Source of the DNA: Thermodesulfovibrionales bacterium | GTDB taxonomy: Bacteria; Nitrospirota; Thermodesulfovibrionia; Thermodesulfovibrionales; SM23-35 | DNA length: 39,883 nucleotides | Assembly (NCBI GenBank): GCA_049700155.1 | Contig: JBNAVX010000022.1 | Span: 1-39,883, forward strand | Direction of reading: 5' to 3' | Shown here: in pieces, positions 1 to 7,090 of the stretch | Position numbering within the stretch: position 1 is the first letter of the stretch | Layout of the letters: each line of letters begins with the position of its first letter | Notes under the pieces: generated by a model | Databases searched by the model: none | Seen by the model: the letters and a program-made list of their open reading frames with translations, nothing else | What the model was told of the DNA's origin: nothing | Translations under genes and position numbers: made by a program

Positions 1-37
1 CTTTCAGTTCCCTCTTCATTGGGAAGTCAACTGCATC
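1..37 (-). CRISPR. Leader-proximal CRISPR repeat (37 nt, minus strand GATGCAGTTGACTTCCCAATGAAGAGGGAACTGAAAG); the array continues beyond the window edge
   Basis: Ends in GAAAG on the minus strand and has an internal TTCCC-N8-GGGAA palindrome. It lies just downstream of cas1-cas2-cas4 after an AT-rich spacer, and a degenerate copy occurs at 5009-5032. Only one full copy is visible, so the boundaries are inferred. Confidence 0.75.
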
Positions 38-160
38 TGCTCTTAAAATACCAAAAATTCAAAATGTTATACAAGCATGTTATAAAGAAATTTGGAAATT
101 CCTTTTTCTGCTTTTATATGTATCAGGTTTGCGAAAAACTGTTTTAAATTTATCCATAGG
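38..160 (-). promoter_or_regulatory. CRISPR leader
   Basis: AT-rich non-coding 123 bp between the cas4 stop and the repeat. Confidence 0.65.
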
Positions 161-745
161 TTAAAAAACATCTCTGCAATAGTTCCTGTATTCACAATCG
201 AAACATTTATTTCTATTAGCTACTGGCTCTGGCATCTTTTTCTTCTTAATCATCAGTCTTATATTAGAAAGCAACCTCATGGTTTCTTCTTTCAGTAAAT
301 TATTTAGTTCAAAAATAACTGCATCTTCAAGCGGTATTAGATAGACAAAACCATGACTAACTTTTTTATGGTAAATATCTTCAAGAATAAGTGCATAACC
401 ACAAAGTTGATAAATATGGTTTTTGTGTGGTTTCCTTTTTGTATATTTAAAATCAACAGGAATATATTCATCCTCTGTCTCTATGAGCATGTCGAGTTTT
501 CCTGAAAGAGAAAGTCTATCTGAATTTATTACAACATGAAAAAGCCTTTTACCCTCAATGACACCATACTTTTTAAGCTTACGTCTTGTCTCAAGTCTAT
601 CTATTCTTGCTTCTTCGATCTTTCCATAATTCATCTTGAATGTGGTTTTTTTCCCGACTGGCATAATATATTGGTAGTACACAACTCTCGGACAATAAAC
701 AAATTGCTTGAGATCACTTACCTTGAGAGGGGTCTGAGCTTGCAT
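161..745 (-). CDS. cas4: CRISPR-associated exonuclease Cas4
   Basis: Fe-S cysteines YCPR and CFDCEYRNYC; RecB-like GKLD/DFK/QLCGY motifs. Start moved to ATG 745 (MQAQ), which has a GAGGA SD upstream and overlaps the cas2 end. Confidence 0.95.
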   Translation of the reverse strand: MQAQTPLKVSDLKQFVYCPRVVYYQYIMPVGKKTTFKMNYGKIEEARIDRLETRRKLKKYGVIEGKRLFHVVINSDRLSLSGKLDMLIETEDEYIPVDFKYTKRKPHKNHIYQLCGYALILEDIYHKKVSHGFVYLIPLEDAVIFELNNLLKEETMRLLSNIRLMIKKKKMPEPVANRNKCFDCEYRNYCRDVF

Positions 746-1004
746 CCTTTTCCTCTTTGATATATTCAAGAATGCCCCTAAAATCTTTCTCGCACACGGG
801 AAGGATAAGAATCTTTCCAGAACCCTTTTTAATGACATTTTTAAGTTTTAAAAAAAGCTCCTCTCTTTTGTTCTGTCCTAATTTCCCTGAAAAACCGCTG
901 AACTGAATACGCTCAAGGCCAAAGTCCAGACATATATCTGCGATCTTATTCCTTATCCTGTTAATCTCAATGTCATAAAATACAAAATGTGTTAGTTCTT
1001 CCAT
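714..1004 (-). CDS. cas2: CRISPR-associated endoribonuclease Cas2
   Basis: 96 aa with VFYDI, R.KIA..C.DFGLERIQFSGF; sits between cas1 and cas4. Confidence 0.95.
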   Translation of the reverse strand: MEELTHFVFYDIEINRIRNKIADICLDFGLERIQFSGFSGKLGQNKREELFLKLKNVIKKGSGKILILPVCEKDFRGILEYIKEEKDASSDPSQGK

Positions 1005-1005
1005 C

Positions 1006-2196
1006 CTACCACTTGAAAGTGAAGGGTTTATAATCCTGCTGTCCTCTTAAAAAAGATGCCAGATTTCTTGCCTGCATCTGAATAATAGAGCGTATCTGGT
1101 ATTTCTTGCCTTTGTAAGTTTCGGTTGATTCAAGTCTGCCCAGGACTTTTTCCCCTATAATCTTTCTTGTTTCAGCATCAAGTAGCCCATCAGTGATTTT
1201 AATATCCTGTCCAAGGTTCACATGGGCAATAACCACTCTATCAACCACTGGCTGACGGAACTCTTCAATGAGGTCAAGAATAAGTGAAGGCTTTCCGGGT
1301 CTATCCACATGAAGAAATCCTGCAAAAGGCTCAAGCCCTGCATTAACCAGTGCTCCCCAAACAGTTGAATAGAGAATACCATAGCCATAGTTTAGAAGTG
1401 AGTTTACAGGATCTATTGCTCCCCTTGTCTGCCTACCAAAAAACTCTACCCTTTGCGTCAATATCTCCTTAACACCATCCCAGTAAAGCCTGCCTGCTGT
1501 GCCTTCAATACCGATAAGAGTATTTCTCTTCTCATCAATGCTGTTACCTGTAACTGCCTTAACCTTTCCTCTCAAATTATTGAGTTCTTCAGCAAGAGAA
1601 TCTATTGTCTTGTATCTTTCAGGATCAGTCTCTTTGATATACTTTCCAAAATATCTCAGGAGTCTTTCCTGATTAGTGATCTTTCCATAAACGATTGCCT
1701 TTGAAAATTCAAGCCCTCTCGGGTCTTTCATTGCTTCGAACTGTTCTCTACGAGCCTCTATAGTTGCTGTAAGCATCGGAGATGTAATCATCGCATAAGG
1801 CTTATTAACTCCTGAAAGAAAATGTAGAGTGATACCCCTTAAGCATAGTTCTTCAATAAGGTCTGATGAGATGGTTACACCTTTCGAGGCAATAACTACA
1901 TCTTTCAGCCGAAATAATGGGAATTGGTAAATAACATCCTTCCCTTTTCTGACAATCAGCCGCTCACTCTTTTTCGAAAGAAAGATCCTATATCCCGAGA
2001 GTATAATCTGTGAGATATCGCCGGTTTTCACTATGGTTATCCCTTCGTCTATTTTTACTTCGCCTTCGTATTGTGCTTCTACAAGTATTGGGATAGCTTC
2101 TGGTTCGCCTGTGAAAAGATTATACTGGGCAGGATAAAGAGGCTTCTCTTCAGGCTCATACTCAGGATGAATCCTCTGAACCTTTGACTGAGGCAT
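1006..2196 (-). CDS. cas1: CRISPR-associated endonuclease Cas1 with ~60 aa N-terminal extension
   Basis: GIEG, NSLLNYGY, GFLH and DLIEEFR catalytic motifs intact. The start is uncertain (alternative GTG near 2031). Confidence 0.95.
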   Translation of the reverse strand: MPQSKVQRIHPEYEPEEKPLYPAQYNLFTGEPEAIPILVEAQYEGEVKIDEGITIVKTGDISQIILSGYRIFLSKKSERLIVRKGKDVIYQFPLFRLKDVVIASKGVTISSDLIEELCLRGITLHFLSGVNKPYAMITSPMLTATIEARREQFEAMKDPRGLEFSKAIVYGKITNQERLLRYFGKYIKETDPERYKTIDSLAEELNNLRGKVKAVTGNSIDEKRNTLIGIEGTAGRLYWDGVKEILTQRVEFFGRQTRGAIDPVNSLLNYGYGILYSTVWGALVNAGLEPFAGFLHVDRPGKPSLILDLIEEFRQPVVDRVVIAHVNLGQDIKITDGLLDAETRKIIGEKVLGRLESTETYKGKKYQIRSIIQMQARNLASFLRGQQDYKPFTFKW

Positions 2197-2258
2197 ACAT
2201 AATATTTAACAGATAATAAAAGAACAGATAAGGATTTTAATCACAAAAAACAAGTTTG

Positions 2259-2288
2259 TTGACTTCTTGAGATACTACTTCATATACT
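2259..2288 (+). promoter_or_regulatory. Sigma70-type promoter for the Pif1-WYL gene
   Basis: TTGACT (2259-2264), N18, TATACT (2283-2288), ending 10 nt before the GTG start. Confidence 0.6.
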
Positions 2289-2298
2289 TTTAAAAGTT

Positions 2299-3858
2299 GT
2301 GAGTATCTGCAAACCTGGAAATATAGAGCTAAATGAACTGTTCCAGAAGGCACTTGACCTTATGGAGAATACCAACAGGCATGTCTTCATTACCGGAAAG
2401 GCAGGAACTGGTAAATCAACACTCCTTGACTATTTCCGAAATCATACAAGGAAAAAGGTGGTTGTCCTTTCTCCAACAGGAGTTTCTGCACTCAATGTAA
2501 AAGGACAGACTATACATTCCTTTTTTGGTTTCAAGCCAAATGTTACTTTAAATTCAATTAAAAAATTTAAAGGGGACCATAAAAATATTTACAAAGAACT
2601 GGATGCGATTATTATTGACGAGGCATCAATGGTTCGTGCTGATTTGCTTGACTGTATAGATAAATTCTTGAGGTTGAATGTAAATAAGAAGAGACCTTTT
2701 GGTGGAATCCAGATGATATTTATTGGTGATCTTTATCAACTCCCTCCGGTGGTTACAGGAAAGGAAAAGGAATTCTTCAATATATATTACAAAAGCCCTT
2801 ATTTCTTCGATTCTATGGTAATGAAAGAGATAGATATGGAATTTATAGAACTCGAAAAAATATACAGGCAAAAGGATGAAATTTTCATCGCCATTCTTAA
2901 TGCGATACGTAACAACTCAATCACTGATAAAGAGCTAAAAATCCTTAACCAGAGATATGACCCTGAATTTATCCCAGACCCGAAGGATTTCTACATCTGG
3001 CTCACATCTATGAACAATGCTGCAGAGAAGATAAATAGAGAACATCTTTCAAGGATTTCTTCACCTCTTATGACTTACCAAGGGGTGATAAAAGGAGACT
3101 TCAATGAAGACTCATTGCCTACACAGAGTGACCTTCAGATTAAGAAGGGGGCACAGGTTATGCTTCTTAACAACGATTCTTATTTTAGATGGGTAAACGG
3201 TAGCATAGGGAAGATTGTGAATATTATAAAGCAGAAAGATGAACCAGATATTATTGTTGTTGAATTGATTACAGGAGAGGTTGTTGATGTCCAGCCATAC
3301 AGATGGGAATTATTCAATTATTATTTTGATAAAGAGAAAAACACCATTGAATCTGAAGTGGTTGGCTCATTCACTCAGTATCCCATGAAACTCGCATGGG
3401 CTGTAACCATCCATAAGTCGCAGGGTAAGACCTTTGACAAGGTAGTGATAGATATAGGAAGAGGGACATTTGCAAGTGGCCAGGTCTATGTCGCACTAAG
3501 CAGGTGCACACGACTTGATGGCATAGTTCTCAAAAAGCCATTAGAGAAAAAGCACATATTTATGGACTGGAGAGTGGTGAAATTTTTGACTCAGTTTCAA
3601 TATAAACTCTCAGAAAATCTTTGTCCTTTTGAAGAAAAGCTGGCTCTGATAAAAAGTGCTATAAAAACAAACCAGAGGCTTGAGATTGTTTATCTCAAAA
3701 ATAATGACACTAAATCCAGAAGGATTATAACTCCTGTTTCTGTTGGGGAAATGGAATATAATGGAAGAAAATACATCGGAATGGAGGCATTCTGCCATTT
3801 AAGAAATGACAGGAGGGTATTCCGCCTCGATAGAATTCTAGAGATCAGGGAAGTATAG
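2299..3858 (+). CDS. Pif1-family SF1B helicase with C-terminal WYL domain
   Basis: GKAGTGKS, IIDEASM, PFGGIQMIFIGDLYQLPPV, AVTIHKSQG and GQVYVALSR helicase motifs; C-terminal AI...LEIVY...RIITP...AFCHLRNDRRVFRLDRI is a WYL signature. Confidence 0.9.
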   Translation: MSICKPGNIELNELFQKALDLMENTNRHVFITGKAGTGKSTLLDYFRNHTRKKVVVLSPTGVSALNVKGQTIHSFFGFKPNVTLNSIKKFKGDHKNIYKELDAIIIDEASMVRADLLDCIDKFLRLNVNKKRPFGGIQMIFIGDLYQLPPVVTGKEKEFFNIYYKSPYFFDSMVMKEIDMEFIELEKIYRQKDEIFIAILNAIRNNSITDKELKILNQRYDPEFIPDPKDFYIWLTSMNNAAEKINREHLSRISSPLMTYQGVIKGDFNEDSLPTQSDLQIKKGAQVMLLNNDSYFRWVNGSIGKIVNIIKQKDEPDIIVVELITGEVVDVQPYRWELFNYYFDKEKNTIESEVVGSFTQYPMKLAWAVTIHKSQGKTFDKVVIDIGRGTFASGQVYVALSRCTRLDGIVLKKPLEKKHIFMDWRVVKFLTQFQYKLSENLCPFEEKLALIKSAIKTNQRLEIVYLKNNDTKSRRIITPVSVGEMEYNGRKYIGMEAFCHLRNDRRVFRLDRILEIREV

Positions 3859-3866
3859 AAGAAAAG

Positions 3867-4277
3867 CTAGTCATCAAATTTAATAGAATTCTTTATACTC
3901 TCGACAAATCTATTAGCCATCTCAAGTGCCTCAGCAGAATCCTTAAGTTTGAAAGTAGATTCAGGATAGTAGTCTGCTTCTTCACGCAATTTCATGAGTC
4001 TACCGATAATCCGTCCGATATCAATTTCTATCTCCTTCGTCTTAACGTAATAAAGGCTGAACATCCTTTCTACTCCTTCATGAGTTTTAGGAACAACTCC
4101 CTTAAGAAGCAGTGCTGCCTTTGCAGCATGATATACTGCATAATATGCCGATACAATGCTTTTGAAATAAAGCTCATTCTCTTGCAAAACCCTTGCAGAT
4201 TTTAGTTCATCCAGTGACCGCTGGAATTCATCACGAGCAAGTATCTTGCCTTCCTCTTTACTTATTCTCTCGACCAT
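3867..4277 (-). CDS. HEPN domain protein (UPF0332/COG1895-like)
   Basis: SAYYAVYHAAKA, KTHEG and LREEADY motifs; overlaps the upstream MNT gene. Confidence 0.88.
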   Translation of the reverse strand: MVERISKEEGKILARDEFQRSLDELKSARVLQENELYFKSIVSAYYAVYHAAKAALLLKGVVPKTHEGVERMFSLYYVKTKEIEIDIGRIIGRLMKLREEADYYPESTFKLKDSAEALEMANRFVESIKNSIKFDD

Positions 4278-4627
4278 ACAATAATCCCCTCTTTTTTAAC
4301 CCCTTTTAAAAAAAGACTGATACTTTTATTAAACTCGGATTCTGGTACAAAAATAGCTGAAACTACTATGTCGTTGGCAAGCTCATGGTTATAAATAATA
4401 TCACTAATCTCCATTTTGGAAGAAAGTGGAATGTCATAATCAGTTATAAAAAGCAGGTCAATGTCTGATTCTTCTACATAATCTCCCCTTGCTTTAGATC
4501 CATAAAGTATAACCTTCTTGACAAAAGGATATTTTTCTGTCAATTCTCCTATTATGCCTTTTAACCCTTTTTGTTCGTTATAATTGAGAGGGATTAAATT
4601 AATATTTATCATAGAAACACTTTCCAT
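4262..4627 (-). CDS. Minimal nucleotidyltransferase (MNT), partner of the HEPN gene
   Basis: LYGSKARG...SDIDLL Pol-beta-superfamily motif; the start may be ATG 4612. Confidence 0.88.
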   Translation of the reverse strand: MESVSMININLIPLNYNEQKGLKGIIGELTEKYPFVKKVILYGSKARGDYVEESDIDLLFITDYDIPLSSKMEISDIIYNHELANDIVVSAIFVPESEFNKSISLFLKGVKKEGIIVWSRE

Positions 4628-4683
4628 TATATTTCCAATATTTCAAATATATAATAAAACATTGAGGTTAAATTTTATAGAGA

Positions 4684-4728
4684 TTTCAAAAAACAAAAGG
4701 ATGTTTTCTATATAAACCCAGTTTTCAC
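4684..4728 (-). pseudogene. Relic 3' end of a second cas5
   Basis: Aligns with 6384-6429 with one indel; reads ENWV/LYRKHPFVF* versus ENWVLYKKHPFVL* in the intact cas5. Confidence 0.75.
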
Positions 4729-4744
4729 TATGACAATCTTCTAC

Positions 4745-4992
4745 TTAAATGAATCCTTCCTTAATCAAAAATTCTTTTGGTTTTATAATTTCTATACCTT
4801 CATAATTGCCTAAATCAAGAAGATGATGGTCACCAAAGATAATATAATCTGCCTTTCCATCTATAGCACATTCAAGGAAGATATTATCTGTAGGATCATC
4901 CTTTATAACACTAATTTTGCTCTCTACTTCAAAAAAATGCATAAATTTTCTAAGATTGTTAACATAGGAAGGATCTCAGCAGGAGTCAGTCC
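4745..4992 (-). pseudogene. 5'-truncated, frameshifted PIN toxin paralog
   Basis: The last 65 aa are 50/65 identical to the PIN protein at 8049-8459. The upstream GLTPAEILP is in another frame (1-nt deletion near 4964), and the N-terminal ~53 aa including the first catalytic Asp are missing. Confidence 0.88.
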
Positions 4993-5008
4993 TTTGATCC
5001 AGCAAAAC

Positions 5009-5045
5009 AATTTAGTTCCCTCATCATTGGGATATTTTTTTTGGG
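5009..5045 (-). CRISPR. Solitary degenerate CRISPR repeat
   Basis: 5014-5032 AGTTCCCTCATCATTGGGA matches repeat positions 6-24 AGTTCCCTCTTCATTGGGA at 18/19, and the hairpin core is retained. It is intergenic and in the same orientation as the array. Confidence 0.7.
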
Positions 5046-5118
5046 GGCTTTATTTATAACTTATCATACTTAATCTTTACAGAAAAACGCGAGTATAAAT
5101 AGGAAATATAAACTATTA

Positions 5119-6246
5119 TCATTTCAAATGTCTAAGCCAGAGACCAAAAACTGTATCAACTACATGAAATACACCATTCTTTTTTTCTATATAATCCAGG
5201 TCTATCAACCTTTTTATGGCTCCCTGAACCCCTCCTATAGAACCGAGGTTATATCTGTTCATATATTCGATTGAGTATGGTTTATCTGTGGGCTCCTCAG
5301 ATAGGGCGGACAACAGTTTTATCTGTTGAGGCGCAAGAACTTGAAGCATTGCTTCGTATATCGGTCTTTCTTCATTAATGACTTTGATAAATCCCTTTGA
5401 ATAGTTCTCTTCAGTTATATGTTTACCGCTAACCTCATATATAGAATAGGGAACTCTCTGAATGTAATATGGATAACCTTCAACCTTTTCAGAAATTTTT
5501 CTGGCGATTTCCTCTGGACATATCTTTCCGCCACGCCTGAATTGCTCAACTATAAATGCTGTGGATTCATTGAGTGGCAGTGGACCCAAAGGGTAGTTAA
5601 TAGCACTTCTGTAGAAAGGTCTTTTCCGCTCATTAAAGATCTCGCTCAATATCCTTCTCCTGCTTCCTACAAAAAAATATGAAGCATTTCTATGGGTCTG
5701 TATATGAGCCCTCATGATACCTTCTATCTGAAGAGATTCACGTAATTCGGCAATCTCCTGAAATTCATCGATTACTACATGGAAGCCTTTCTTACTCGAC
5801 TCCATAAACTTTCCAAAGCCAGCAAGAACATCCTCAAGCAGCTCAATCCCCCTTCTTTTTCCCGCGGGCTCGGCAGTTATGGACATCCCGTATTCAGGAT
5901 CAGGACGTATGACTGGCCTCCATGATGTTATAAACTTTATTGCCTTCTTTAAGAGATTATCATCTTTATGACAGTAGGAATATAATCTTGAGGCTAATCT
6001 TGATGCTATATCTTCTAAAGAATATACTCCAAAGAAATCAACGTAAAGAGTAATAATTCCCTCGCTTGACAACTCTGCCTGAATTCTTTTTACAAGGGAC
6101 GTTTTTCCATAACGCCTTGGAGAAAAAAGCACGACATTTGCCTTATTTCGTGAATGTGAAAGGAGTTCTTCAATCTCTTTTTTTCTGTTACAGAAAGGAG
6201 CTGTCAGGGGAAGCTCCCGAAAATAAAATGGGTTCGCCAGCGGCAC
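5119..6246 (-). CDS. AAA-family ATPase (archaeal ATPase_2-like) with C-terminal winged helix
   Basis: NPF...FCNR, Walker A SPRRYGKTS, Walker B VVIDEFQ, GYPYYIQ; C-terminal wHTH-like segment. Confidence 0.85.
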   Translation of the reverse strand: MPLANPFYFRELPLTAPFCNRKKEIEELLSHSRNKANVVLFSPRRYGKTSLVKRIQAELSSEGIITLYVDFFGVYSLEDIASRLASRLYSYCHKDDNLLKKAIKFITSWRPVIRPDPEYGMSITAEPAGKRRGIELLEDVLAGFGKFMESSKKGFHVVIDEFQEIAELRESLQIEGIMRAHIQTHRNASYFFVGSRRRILSEIFNERKRPFYRSAINYPLGPLPLNESTAFIVEQFRRGGKICPEEIARKISEKVEGYPYYIQRVPYSIYEVSGKHITEENYSKGFIKVINEERPIYEAMLQVLAPQQIKLLSALSEEPTDKPYSIEYMNRYNLGSIGGVQGAIKRLIDLDYIEKKNGVFHVVDTVFGLWLRHLK

Positions 6247-6250
6247 TCAC

Positions 6251-6306
6251 CTCTCTTATAATTATCCTATTATAGTTACTCTCTTATAGTTACTATATTA
6301 TAGTAA
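6251..6306. repeat. Four tandem degenerate 14-bp units upstream of the ATPase, probable operator
   Basis: CTCTCTTATAATTA / TCCTATTATAGTTA / CTCTCTTATAGTTA / CTATATTATAGTAA, including the palindrome TTACTATA-T-TATAGTAA at 6290-6306. Confidence 0.75.
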
Positions 6307-6320
6307 AAATGATAAATCAA
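6292..6320 (-). promoter_or_regulatory. Sigma70-type promoter for the ATPase gene
   Basis: Minus strand TTGATT (6320-6315), N17, TATAGT (6297-6292). Confidence 0.55.
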
Positions 6321-6385
6321 GAATAAATACAAAGCATAAAAGCATAGAGGGATTTCATATGTATGATGTCAGAAAAATAGTGTTT

Positions 6386-7081
6386 TCAAAGAACAAAAGG
6401 ATGTTTTTTATAGAGAACCCAGTTTTCACCTTGCCGTTCTTCTATCAGTGGAAGGACAAAAATTTTCTGAATATAAGGATTCCCTCTTTTACCTCTTGCG
6501 TACGGGTTAACTTGAGAAAATTGAGCATCTTTTTTTAATTCATTCAATGTGGCAATCGGACGTCTTGCAAGATTTGACACTTCTAATTTCAAAACATTTG
6601 TCTCTTTACAGGTAGAATTGAATATTGGCTCTTTATCTTCAATCTGTGCTATCCCTCTTACTATAGAATCAGTTGTTCCCAAGCGCCTTAATATTCGAAA
6701 GAGGTTAGCTATTTCATCTTCTCTTTCTGAAATCTCAAGATAAATTCTAAGTGGTCCCCAAAAATGACAATACTCTCTTACACCGAAGGATTCTTCAAAA
6801 CTTTTTTCTTTAGATTTTGAAGGTTTTAATCTCTTAATGAAAAACTTGAGGACCACTACTTTTTCAGGTGGTTCTATCTCCAGTGGCGACGACTTAACTA
6901 TCTCAAAGACCTCTTCACCATAAGATACTTTTCCTGTTGATTTTATTGCGGAATCTACCAATGCAAGCCTCAAAGCCGCAGGGCTTGGAATGAGTGAAGT
7001 CAGGGCATAACCCGGAGATAGATTTGGCATCCTGTAAGAGTAAAGACTTGCGAAATGAAGTTCTGCAGATATCCAGGCCAT
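6386..7081 (-). CDS. cas5: Cas5 (type I-A-like RAMP)
   Basis: N-terminal FASLYSYRMP...IPSPAALRLAL, REY and RRLGTTDS motifs; directly after cas7. Confidence 0.85.
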   Translation of the reverse strand: MAWISAELHFASLYSYRMPNLSPGYALTSLIPSPAALRLALVDSAIKSTGKVSYGEEVFEIVKSSPLEIEPPEKVVVLKFFIKRLKPSKSKEKSFEESFGVREYCHFWGPLRIYLEISEREDEIANLFRILRRLGTTDSIVRGIAQIEDKEPIFNSTCKETNVLKLEVSNLARRPIATLNELKKDAQFSQVNPYARGKRGNPYIQKIFVLPLIEERQGENWVLYKKHPFVL

Positions 7082-7090
7082 ACTTGCTCC

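Noticed and set aside
746-838. 31-aa N-terminal extension of Cas4 in the ORF track
   Set aside because: It lies inside cas2; ATG 745 has an SD and gives a normal-length Cas4.
2238-2253. Possible target of the solitary-repeat guide in the cas1 upstream region (GTTTTTTGTGATTAAA versus GTTTTGCTGGATCAAA, 11/16)
   Set aside because: Mismatches at seed positions 7-9 and a T-rich context make chance likely; the PAM is unknown.
4823-5059. Plus-strand 78-aa ORF and its look-alike at 8127-8381
   Set aside because: Both are antisense shadows of the two PIN copies; the similarity follows from the PIN homology.
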